From a virus: a stretch of 64,000 nt of DNA. Numbering within the stretch: the stretch's first letter is position 1; each line of letters starts with the position of its first letter. The notes beneath the pieces are model-generated. The model saw nothing but the letters and a program-made list of their open reading frames with translations, was not told the origin of the DNA and ran no database searches. The translations under genes and the position numbers were made by a program. The DNA lies in IMG/VR virus record IMGVR_UViG_3300047509_000177, positions 1-64,000 of that record. One strand, given 5' to 3'. Shown piece by piece: positions 55,922-64,000 of this stretch.

Positions 55922-56995
55922 GTGGGGCTTACACGCCAACAACTTTGGGGTTTGCTCTCGAACATCACTCCTGTAGAGGCAACTCTTTTATCTGCATATG
56001 AAAACGAAGAGGAGAAGATTTGGCGGGAAGGTTTAGGAGATTCTCCTCATGGTCATAAGTGGGCAAGCTCCTTCCACGGCTCAAGCTTCCCCGGGGATGA
56101 TGATTCTGTATGTGGTAGAGCTTTAGTATATGGGTTGACTGATCCTGCGCCGGAATCTCCGCTGGCTCCTAAAACTAGAGCTATATTCGATGTAGGAACA
56201 CAGCACGAGCATAATTGGGTAAAGAGACTATCTAACTACGGAGTACTTCTTTCTGCCGATGTAACAGGAAAAGATGAATATCAAACTAATTTTTCTGATT
56301 CTGAAGTATGGTTGTCTGGTAGCCCTGACGTAATTATGCTCCCTCCCTTCTGGAATAAAAGTCATGTAGCTGAGATAAAGACTACTAAGCATGAAAATGT
56401 AATTAAGATGCAGCAAAATCCAGAGGATACGCCTTATTCGCATTCAAAGTACGTTAGACAGACTAAACTATATATTGGAGAAGCACGAGATAACAATTTT
56501 TCTCCTACAGTAGTAGTTTGTGAACTAGGCGGTGTATTGATAAAGAATGGGAAAGATAAATGTTCTATGCCGCATTCTGGTTCTTGCATTCCTAAGCTTC
56601 TAAAAGTACTGCCTCCCGATGATGGAACTCTAATTTATTCTTCTCGCGAAGAACCATTTTGTATTGCTAGTTATTACATACCTTATGATAGAGAATTTAT
56701 GATAAAAGGAAAGAAAAAGCTTAAAGAATTAAGAGGATACTTTGAAAGGGGTGAGATCCCGCCTCATGTTAGAGAGGGCGAGAGCGCGAAGTGGAGCGTT
56801 GGTCAATGCCAGTATTGTTCTGAAAAGAAAAGATGTAAAGTTGACTATAAAGAGAAAAGAAAACACCTTTCTGAATCTGAGGTAGTAAATTTTACAAAGA
56901 CCATACGACCCTGGTATAATTATCAAGACGCTCGAGCGGCGGTATTCAACAGATGGGGAGTTAAAGATCCTCTTAAAGAGAAAGAATTAGTATGA
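55922..56995 (+). CDS. Cas4-like PD-(D/E)XK exonuclease
   Basis: CGR, GT..H, GSPD, EIKT, Q..LY, CQYC...C. Confidence 0.8.
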   Translation: MGLTRQQLWGLLSNITPVEATLLSAYENEEEKIWREGLGDSPHGHKWASSFHGSSFPGDDDSVCGRALVYGLTDPAPESPLAPKTRAIFDVGTQHEHNWVKRLSNYGVLLSADVTGKDEYQTNFSDSEVWLSGSPDVIMLPPFWNKSHVAEIKTTKHENVIKMQQNPEDTPYSHSKYVRQTKLYIGEARDNNFSPTVVVCELGGVLIKNGKDKCSMPHSGSCIPKLLKVLPPDDGTLIYSSREEPFCIASYYIPYDREFMIKGKKKLKELRGYFERGEIPPHVREGESAKWSVGQCQYCSEKKRCKVDYKEKRKHLSESEVVNFTKTIRPWYNYQDARAAVFNRWGVKDPLKEKELV

Positions 56996-57384
56996 GTATA
57001 ATTGGAGAATGTAGGATAGAAGAAAATAAGATTTATCTTGATAAAGATTATGATGACGAAACTAAAATAAGATTATATATAATTCCTAATTGTTCCATGC
57101 GTAGTGAGCTTAGAGACGGAGATAAAATAGAATTAAGAGTTCATAGAGATTTCAAGAAAGATTCTTCAGTTTTATTTGATGGTAAGCTAACTAATCTTGA
57201 TAAGGGAAAATATGGATGGATATATGAGCTAGAACAACCAGTTAGAGAACGCTTGGATCACAGAGGATCTTACAATTTTTGGCAAACTTTTGAGGACGGA
57301 GAAGGAAAAGGAGATCTAACTCCAGATCCAATTTTGGGCGAGTGGTTAGAGGTAAGGGTTCATGTAATAGAAAGAGCACAATGA
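56992..57384 (+). CDS. Hypothetical protein
   Basis: 130-aa coupled ORF. Confidence 0.55.
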   Translation: MSIIGECRIEENKIYLDKDYDDETKIRLYIIPNCSMRSELRDGDKIELRVHRDFKKDSSVLFDGKLTNLDKGKYGWIYELEQPVRERLDHRGSYNFWQTFEDGEGKGDLTPDPILGEWLEVRVHVIERAQ

Positions 57385-59324
57385 CAGATATCAGTTTAAA
57401 CGACGATCAAGCGACGGCCATCTTAACTGAGGGTCTGAATAGAAATTTATATGAGGGGCCTATTCCCTCTGATTCAGCAGATAAGATGAAAGATGCTGAA
57501 GATCTTACAAAAGCTGCACAGTTAGCATTCAATAATGGGAACCGCAGCGATAACGTTCAAACTATCTTATTCATATCTCAAGTCGATCAAAAACCTCCGC
57601 TGCCTGAAGAACAAGTTTCTGAAGCACCTATGGCGGAAACCGCGCCGGAAGTTACAAATAATATTCACAACGGTATAGATCTATCTACTCTTTCAGATGG
57701 GGTTATTGATGGATTAATCGTTGGGCTTGATAAATATCCTAATTCTGAGCAGGTAGAAGAAGACCGTAAAGCCTATCTAGCAGAGAAAGAGAGGCGTAAT
57801 GAAAAAGCCGGTAAAAGCCAAGATGAGCCACAGGGCACGACGGCGCAGGCGCCTGAAGAAAAAGCCGGAGAAGCTGCGCCAGAGGACTCTCCTGCACAGA
57901 CTGAAGTGGGAAGCCAATTACCTGGAGAAGCTGGAGACCAAGAGCGAGCCGGAGGAGAAGGAACGGCTAGTGGGCCTGGAGACGTTGAGCAGCAGAATTC
58001 CGCGCAAGGAGAAGATGCCGGAGCTTTTGCAAGAGCACAAACTCCAGAGACGAGCCCAGAAGGGAAACAAATTAAAGCCAAAGCGCCAAAAGAAGATGGA
58101 AGCCGCCTTGAGCTAGAAGAACAGCTTACTTTTGATATTCTAAAAGCTCATGAAGCTGATATAACTAAAATTAATAATCTGACTGTAGATCAGATAAAGT
58201 TTATGCTTGAAAATCCTGATGGTTCTGGAGATAAAAAAGTGCCAATTACAGACGGAGAGGCAGAAGCAGCGGCGGTAACAAATGCGGAAGTAAAAGCTGT
58301 AACAGGGATTTCTGCGCAGGAGTCTTCCCCGGAAAGAGTAGTGTCTAAAGAAGATTTAGGTATAAAAGTAGAGGAGATTCCAGCGCAAAAAGCCGCCGAA
58401 GAAATAGACAGAGAGTCTCTAGAAGCACAACTAACTGGTCCTACTTTAAAAGCTTATGGCCAGGGTAGAAAAAGCGTTCCTGGTCTTGGGATCAATGAGC
58501 TTCGCTTTATGGTTGAGCATCCTGACGGGAAGGTATATCCGGCGGAATTGGAAGCTGCTCGCGCCTTAGATAATTTAGATAGCGAGTCTCCTGCTGATAG
58601 ATTAAAAGCAGTTGAGAAAATAAATGATTTAAAAAAATATGCAGAAGGGGGTTTAGTAGAAAATCCTAATATTAAATTAAATAATTCTGAGACTTTATTT
58701 CTTGTCGAATCAGAAACTATAATTAAAGGTCCTCCTATTGAAGAAGTAAACAGATCAGAAATATCTGATATTGAGGATGCAGAAGAAGTTAATAAGAGGG
58801 ACAATATTCAAAGAGCTGATAAGGTTTTTTCTGAAATAGACGCGGAGGAATCTCGGCGGCGAAATCGCGCGATGGAGATCGTTGCTCAAGAGGGGATGCC
58901 TATTCCTCCTGCATATTCAGATGAGCAAGCGCCTGTATTTCCAGTAGATGTTTCTAAGTGCTCTCGTGAGGAGCTTTATTCTTTCCACGCCGAATATCAT
59001 GCCTACGAGACAAGAATAAATTATGTTTTGATTGAACATGAAGACAGATTAAATGATTGTATTCATTATAAAAACTATAGAGAAAACGTAGTAGCTAAAG
59101 AAGTTCCATTTATGGGAGAGGATGGTAAGCGTAATACCAATGAGTTTCGAGAGGCTCAAGTTAAAGGAGATCCAGAAGTTCTTGAGTTAAGCAATAAAGA
59201 GCATGAAGCTAGAAAAATAGTTAGTGGTTTAAAGGCTTTTCAGAAGAATTTTCATCTTTCTTGCGAGAGATTGTCTAGACAAATTAGCAAATATGAAACT
59301 GAGAGGCAAGATGCGCCGAGATAA
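57381..59324 (+). CDS. Large acidic protein with an internal repeat and a helical C-terminus (UvsY-like candidate)
   Basis: Lies between RecA/Cas4 and RuvC; C-terminal REAQVKGDPEV...ERLSRQIS. Confidence 0.5.
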   Translation: MTDISLNDDQATAILTEGLNRNLYEGPIPSDSADKMKDAEDLTKAAQLAFNNGNRSDNVQTILFISQVDQKPPLPEEQVSEAPMAETAPEVTNNIHNGIDLSTLSDGVIDGLIVGLDKYPNSEQVEEDRKAYLAEKERRNEKAGKSQDEPQGTTAQAPEEKAGEAAPEDSPAQTEVGSQLPGEAGDQERAGGEGTASGPGDVEQQNSAQGEDAGAFARAQTPETSPEGKQIKAKAPKEDGSRLELEEQLTFDILKAHEADITKINNLTVDQIKFMLENPDGSGDKKVPITDGEAEAAAVTNAEVKAVTGISAQESSPERVVSKEDLGIKVEEIPAQKAAEEIDRESLEAQLTGPTLKAYGQGRKSVPGLGINELRFMVEHPDGKVYPAELEAARALDNLDSESPADRLKAVEKINDLKKYAEGGLVENPNIKLNNSETLFLVESETIIKGPPIEEVNRSEISDIEDAEEVNKRDNIQRADKVFSEIDAEESRRRNRAMEIVAQEGMPIPPAYSDEQAPVFPVDVSKCSREELYSFHAEYHAYETRINYVLIEHEDRLNDCIHYKNYRENVVAKEVPFMGEDGKRNTNEFREAQVKGDPEVLELSNKEHEARKIVSGLKAFQKNFHLSCERLSRQISKYETERQDAPR

Positions 59325-59700
59325 TTTAAAGATATCTGTTAAGGTAGATGATTTTATTGATGCTTTAGCAGCTAAGAGAGACAAAGAAATAAAAGATTTT
59401 GAGAGATATAAGAAAAAGTATAAAAATGAATCTTCGAAACATTATAAGATAACGGCCGATAAGATAAGAAGGTTAGCAGATAAAATAGAATCAGGAATAA
59501 TTCCTCAAGGAGTAGATAGAAATTCTTATCGTGAAAAGGAAACTCTAGTTATCCCAGTCAATCTTATGAAGCTACCTCATGAACCGGATACGAATTCTAT
59601 TAATAGTTTGATAAAGGCTTTAAAGATTTCGTCTTCTAAAACTATATCTCTAGAAAAATGGGAATATGAAAACTATTTTTCTGACAATTTAGATGAATGA
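59311..59700 (+). CDS. Hypothetical protein
   Basis: Coupled ORF; start uncertain (59293 or 59311). Confidence 0.5.
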   Translation: MRRDNLKISVKVDDFIDALAAKRDKEIKDFERYKKKYKNESSKHYKITADKIRRLADKIESGIIPQGVDRNSYREKETLVIPVNLMKLPHEPDTNSINSLIKALKISSSKTISLEKWEYENYFSDNLDE

Positions 59701-60170
59701 AAATAGCAGGAATTGATCCGTCGTCTTCTATAACAGGTGTTGCGTTAGTAGAAAATAATAATCTTCTTTTGACCGATGCTTGGTATAAACCTAAAAATGG
59801 ATCTTCTTCTGATCGTCTTGTAGATTATTTCTTATGGCTACAATCATGGTTGTCAGCTAATAAACCAGATATAGTTGTTATTGAGTTTCTCAGTGTGGTT
59901 AGAAACGCAGAAGCTGTGAGAGTTATATCACATTACCAGGCAGCTTCTGCATTAGTATGTAAGCTTAGAGGATTATTAATTATAGAAGGAAGAGTTACTT
60001 CGGCGCGAAAAGCGGCGCTGGGAAAGGGGAATATGTCTAAGGAGGAAGCTTATAAGAAAGTCAAAGCCATGTATCCTTCTCATAACTGGGGCCGTATAAA
60101 CGACGGGGGAGCAGATCGCGCGGATGCTTTAGTTCTTGCTCTTGCAGGACCAGCGATAGCTGAAAGATAG
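59697..60170 (+). CDS. ruvC: RuvC-like Holliday junction resolvase
   Basis: IAGIDPS..TGVA, PDIVVIE, GKGNMSKE, DRADAL. Confidence 0.9.
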   Translation: MKIAGIDPSSSITGVALVENNNLLLTDAWYKPKNGSSSDRLVDYFLWLQSWLSANKPDIVVIEFLSVVRNAEAVRVISHYQAASALVCKLRGLLIIEGRVTSARKAALGKGNMSKEEAYKKVKAMYPSHNWGRINDGGADRADALVLALAGPAIAER

Positions 60171-60242
60171 GAGGTGATGCCAATGCTGAATTTCAAAGAG
60201 GCTTTTGAAAAAGATCTTGAGAGATTAGGCGGGAAATAGATA

Positions 60243-60288
60243 GGGCCATCTTTTGCGCGAGATTTGCGCCGAGGGTGGCCTTATTTCA
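60243..60288 (+). terminator. Long hairpin, probable terminator
   Basis: GGCCATCTT...AGGGTGGCC followed by TTATTTC. Confidence 0.5.
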
Positions 60289-60304
60289 TGTATAATTTAA
60301 TGGT

Positions 60305-60541
60305 ATGGAGGGATTTCAACCTATTCTGGTCTTTGACTCCAATTCGGCGGATTTCGCGCGTGGGGTAGAGGTTGGACGTTTATGGGAGCAGATAAAAGAT
60401 CCAGAGCCATTTGAGCAGACTATTCATTCTTCTAATATTGAGATGGTAATGAGAATGATAGAAGCAACGGGACGAGAAATGCGCGTAGAAGATTCTTCAG
60501 ATGATAATTGGTGCTATTTATATGTAGGTTCTGAAGTATGA
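60305..60541 (+). CDS. Hypothetical phage protein
   Basis: FARGVEVGRLW..., 78 aa; TATAAT upstream. Confidence 0.55.
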   Translation: MEGFQPILVFDSNSADFARGVEVGRLWEQIKDPEPFEQTIHSSNIEMVMRMIEATGREMRVEDSSDDNWCYLYVGSEV

Positions 60542-61029
60542 GCGAGCAGGAAAACGGCGCGGGTAGTAATGGAAATCTTCCTTCCCGGAGAAGATCTGGA
60601 TTCGGTGATCCCTCCTGGTGGAATACTACGGGGCCTCAAGGGCTAACTCGGCGCGAGGAAAAAAGCATTGAAGCTAAACGAATGGTCGCCGAAGGCAGGA
60701 TCGGAGGGGCTAGACCCGGCGCAGGGAGACCCCGTAAAAACAAACCAGTAGCAGAGATAGTAACTGAGAAAGCTTCTGAGAAAGGCGAGAGGATCGCCAG
60801 TAAGCTATTAGACCTTGCTTTGAATCATAAGGCTCCTTCTGTGAACCTCGGTGCGATTGATCGCCTGAATAAGTACGAACAAGACTATGAGAAAAATCTT
60901 CGCGATGACGAGAAAGAGTTGAGAAAACTTTCTAGTCCAGATCTTGAAAAAGTTCTTAAAGAAGAATTATCGAATCATCTTGGATACGATTATGAGATAC
61001 CTCCAGAAGATATAGAAGATGATGACTGA
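60538..61029 (+). CDS. Putative terminase small subunit
   Basis: GGARPGAGRPRK motif, helical, upstream of TerL. Confidence 0.6.
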   Translation: MSEQENGAGSNGNLPSRRRSGFGDPSWWNTTGPQGLTRREEKSIEAKRMVAEGRIGGARPGAGRPRKNKPVAEIVTEKASEKGERIASKLLDLALNHKAPSVNLGAIDRLNKYEQDYEKNLRDDEKELRKLSSPDLEKVLKEELSNHLGYDYEIPPEDIEDDD

Positions 61030-61264
61030 TTTACCTCCTATGGAAATTAGCGATGACGGGTGGGAGCTAATGCAGGATCTTGCGCGCCGTTCGGAGTCTG
61101 GGCGAGCGCAGATCAATGATAATTGGCTTCCTCATACGCCGTCATATAAGCCACTTGTATGGCTGAAACTGATTGAGGAGCGAGAGCGCGCGGGTGGTGG
61201 AATTGAGATTCGTCTTACAGACTTTGGTTGGAAAATGTTGATTGATGGTATGGAGCGTGTATAA
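61019..61264 (+). CDS. Small wHTH-like protein
   Basis: L..LKLIE...IRLTDFG. Confidence 0.5.
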   Translation: MMTDLPPMEISDDGWELMQDLARRSESGRAQINDNWLPHTPSYKPLVWLKLIEERERAGGGIEIRLTDFGWKMLIDGMERV

Positions 61265-61267
61265 AAG

Positions 61268-61384
61268 ATGAGACGTAAATATAGAAATTGGCGAAAGAGG
61301 TGGGCTTGCAGATTGCAGGGATGTTTGCGGGAGGTTGCATATATGTACGATGGCAGATGCCCTAGATGTGGTAAAGATGTATAA
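61268..61384 (+). CDS. 38-aa Cys-rich peptide (not in ORF track)
   Basis: MRRKYRNWRKRWACRLQGC...RCPRCGKDV; fills the gap between neighbours. Confidence 0.45.
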   Translation: MRRKYRNWRKRWACRLQGCLREVAYMYDGRCPRCGKDV

Positions 61385-61754
61385 AGTCAATGAAGAAAAG
61401 TTGAAATCTGATTGGGATGCAGAAAGAAAACCAATTGTAAATTGGGAAATTAAATCTACCAGCTCTCCTGTGAAGGATTTAAGAAGTTGGCAAACATCTC
61501 TTGGCTATTTATGCGGCACTTATGGAAATTTGATAGAATTTAATTATAAGACTTTTATTTCTATCCAAGAATCATTTGAGTATAGAACTCTTGGTTATGA
61601 CAGGATAGTAACTATATCAGATTTAATAAATTTGTTATGGGGAGTGGATACAAAAATTATTATAAATGATATGCGTGATGGCAAGGTTGTAATGAAATCA
61701 GTGAGTGGATGGCTCCCTGATTATTATAGTGATTTAGAAGCTACTGTATATTAG
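61377..61754 (+). CDS. Hypothetical protein
   Basis: ORF track; start moved to ATG 61377. Confidence 0.5.
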   Translation: MYKVNEEKLKSDWDAERKPIVNWEIKSTSSPVKDLRSWQTSLGYLCGTYGNLIEFNYKTFISIQESFEYRTLGYDRIVTISDLINLLWGVDTKIIINDMRDGKVVMKSVSGWLPDYYSDLEATVY

Positions 61755-61761
61755 GCAGGAA

Positions 61762-63648
61762 ATGGCGCAAGAAGAGAAAAATAAATTAGAAAATGTAGAT
61801 CTTTCTACTCTCTCTGATAAGGAGAAAAGAGATCTAATTCTCTCTATGCGCAGATTAGGCGGCAAAAGGGGGTCTCAAAAGAGGGCTATTCCTACTACTG
61901 ATGATGAGTTGTGGTGGTTAATTAAAGAAGAGATCGGGGATGAGATCCCGCGAGTTTCTGTCTGCGACGATCATAATGCACCTTTTGATTTTGTTTCTGA
62001 TTATTATTTTGAAAGAAAAAGAGCTATTCTTGTCATGGCTAACAGAGAAGGCGGCAAGACGAGATCTGTAAATATAGCTAATTATTTAAATTGTGAGTAT
62101 AAGCCTGGCTGTGAGGTTTGTGTCTTCGCGGATATCGAAGCTCAATCAAACAAGTCTTATAACTATATTAAATCTTTTGTTTATGCTAAAGATGATACTG
62201 GGAAGAAAATCCCTAAACCCAGTATTGAAGGAGACCCTTTAAGAAAAGAAACTAGATGGAAGAATGGCTCTAAACTAGAAGTAATTATCGCATCCCCCTC
62301 TGGCGTAAACTCCCCTCATCCTCACAAGGTTCACGCTGATGAGATCGACTTGATGGAGCGTCCGATCTGGGCCGAGAGTCGGTCGATGGCGTCGTCAGGT
62401 AAAGGTTCTGACGGTAATATGATTAAATCGCAAGATATAGCTACTTCTACTAGGAAGTCGGCTAAAGGTTTAATGCAAGAGATAATAGATGAATCAGACA
62501 AAGCTATAAAACTTGGAGTAGAACCTCCTTGGCATGTATTTAAATTTTGTTTGTTTGAGTGTGCAAAAGAGGTTCCTACTTGCGAATCAGTTCCGGCAGA
62601 CAAACGAGAAGCAAGATTAATTGAGCTTGGTAAAGATCCTAAAGAATTATGCGGATGTAAAAAAATTATTAAAGGTGAGTGGGCCGAGGGGTCTCCTAGA
62701 ACATTAGAGTCTGTTTGTAAAGGAAAGCTTTTTAAATCAAGAGGATGGATGGAATATGATGATATAAAGCATAAATTTACTCAGAACTCTCCCAATGTAT
62801 GGGTAGCTCAGCACGAATGTAGAAGACCAATGGCCGATGGTCTTTATCTTCCTACATGGTCTAGAGAAAGATATGTAATTAAGGATTATGAACCAAGACC
62901 AGAGTTTGGATATATTTGGCAAGGTATTGATTGGGGGGGCAGTAGTAACTCGACTTCGGCAGTTTTATGGATACAAGGTCCTTTACATCAACCTATTCAA
63001 GTAAATAATTTTCAAGGAACTAAAACTGTTATACCTCAAGGTGCTTATGTAATCTTTAAAGAGATATATGAGGTTGCTATTGGCGCGACTCGCCTTGCAG
63101 ATAAAGTAGTTAGAGTAGAGATCCAATATAAGAATAGATACGGAGCAGCTTGGAGAGTAAAAGGAAGGTTTGCTGATAAGGCTGGGGCTCAACAGCGCGC
63201 AGATTGGCGCGAACATAATCCTCCATTAAGAACTCATTGGTATCTATCAGGAAAATATTTTGATCCAACAGTAGAATGTGTACAGTCTTTAGTAGCTGAT
63301 AGTTTATTATATGCTGATGGAACTAGCGCCCCTGGAATCTGCGATGATTTTGAGAGTTGGAGATCCGAGAATGGGAAAGAAATTCATGACGAATCATCTC
63401 ACGGACCTTCTGGAGTTAGATATTGTTTAAAGAACGTTCAGGGTATTGTGAAGAGATATAGGAACCCTCGGCCGACTTTGCAGCCGATGGTGGCGGCGCG
63501 AGATTCGGCGGTGGGTCCTACAGCAGCTCTGGTTGGTGTAAGCTCCCCTTCCTCTGCCGACTATACAAGCGAAAAATGGCGTGAGGCTATGGGCCAAGAA
63601 ATCGGCGGAAATAATGGAAGAGGAGGGCGTGAACCTTGGATGCCATAG
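61762..63648 (+). CDS. Terminase large subunit
   Basis: Walker A ANREGGKT, Walker B VHADEID, motif III TST, nuclease GIDWG, Cys-rich insertion. Confidence 0.85.
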   Translation: MAQEEKNKLENVDLSTLSDKEKRDLILSMRRLGGKRGSQKRAIPTTDDELWWLIKEEIGDEIPRVSVCDDHNAPFDFVSDYYFERKRAILVMANREGGKTRSVNIANYLNCEYKPGCEVCVFADIEAQSNKSYNYIKSFVYAKDDTGKKIPKPSIEGDPLRKETRWKNGSKLEVIIASPSGVNSPHPHKVHADEIDLMERPIWAESRSMASSGKGSDGNMIKSQDIATSTRKSAKGLMQEIIDESDKAIKLGVEPPWHVFKFCLFECAKEVPTCESVPADKREARLIELGKDPKELCGCKKIIKGEWAEGSPRTLESVCKGKLFKSRGWMEYDDIKHKFTQNSPNVWVAQHECRRPMADGLYLPTWSRERYVIKDYEPRPEFGYIWQGIDWGGSSNSTSAVLWIQGPLHQPIQVNNFQGTKTVIPQGAYVIFKEIYEVAIGATRLADKVVRVEIQYKNRYGAAWRVKGRFADKAGAQQRADWREHNPPLRTHWYLSGKYFDPTVECVQSLVADSLLYADGTSAPGICDDFESWRSENGKEIHDESSHGPSGVRYCLKNVQGIVKRYRNPRPTLQPMVAARDSAVGPTAALVGVSSPSSADYTSEKWREAMGQEIGGNNGRGGREPWMP

Positions 63649-63851
63649 AAAAGAAATCAGTATCAGATCAGAGCAGTTTTTGCCCGGTAGTTCCTCGCTG
63701 GAATGGTGATCGTCTTGAGCTTCATTGGTATGGTTGGGGAGGGCCAATAGATGAGCTTGAGCCTTTATGCGATTTAACCAAAGCTCAGGGAATAGCATTG
63801 ATACAGATGTTAAATTCAGCTATATATAAAAAAGATAGTTATAATGTATAG
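63636..63851 (+). CDS. Hypothetical protein
   Basis: 71-aa ORF overlapping the TerL stop. Confidence 0.45.
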   Translation: MDAIEKKSVSDQSSFCPVVPRWNGDRLELHWYGWGGPIDELEPLCDLTKAQGIALIQMLNSAIYKKDSYNV

Positions 63852-64000
63852 CGATAGAGAGATAAAAATTATTATAGATACAATGAAAAATCTTAGTGAA
63901 TATATTTCCAAGAAAAAAAAAGAAGAGTATGATAAAAGTATTGAATCCATAATACAGGCTAGAAGATGAGCAATTGGTCTGATAATTCTACTGCGAACCC

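Noticed and set aside
55922-56995. Cas4-like gene as part of a CRISPR system
   Set aside because: No repeat-spacer array or other cas genes; it sits in a recombination cluster
10600-63798. Numerous antisense and alternate-frame ORFs inside long genes (e.g. 27892-28443, 44059-44331, 58454-58804)
   Set aside because: Shadow ORFs of real genes or tRNAs with no independent signals
1-64000. Genome-wide stop-codon reassignment, prompted by PrmC and the tRNAs
   Set aside because: Core genes are full length in the standard code and TAA, TAG and TGA all serve as stops; no suppressor tRNA seen
1-64000. Prophage, integrase or host chromosomal flanks
   Set aside because: No integrase, att pair or cellular operon seen; dnaE, recA-like, ruvC and prmC are embedded in phage gene order

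Overview
This window is most of a tailed dsDNA bacteriophage genome (long non-contractile tail, siphovirus-like), AT-rich by eye with a few GC-rich patches. Layout: a leftward arm of small genes (1-2.7 kb, including a pyrimidine-dimer glycosylase-like gene); a divergent control region (2.7-3.65 kb); small rightward regulatory and accessory genes (3.65-8.3 kb); an antisense Rpf-like muralytic gene missed by the ORF track (8.4-8.83 kb); head genes (9.1-16.5 kb); tail genes with two depolymerase-like spikes, frameshifting chaperones, a 2187-aa tape measure and minor tail proteins (16.5-40.5 kb); membrane proteins (40.7-42.4 kb); then a replication and recombination module (SF2 helicase, two tRNAs, PrmC, DnaB, HNH, DnaG, SSB, DnaE, RecA, Cas4-like nuclease, RuvC) and the terminase genes (60.5-63.6 kb). 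No portal, integrase or canonical endolysin is visible, so the genome probably continues beyond the window. The Rpf domain, leaderless genes and tRNA-Leu(UAA) point to an actinobacterial host (inference). Best novelty candidates: a ~240-nt promoter-driven pseudoknotted ncRNA between a HicA-like gene and an RHH gene; a stand-alone Rpf gene with a structured leader and no canonical start codon; a tRNA-Glu with a UUCG hairpin in its D-loop; an apparent split-domain docking peptide shared by two spike proteins; a phage PrmC; and an in-frame synonymous duplicate of the capsid C-terminus behind the stop codon. All family assignments come from recognising motifs by eye; no database search was run.
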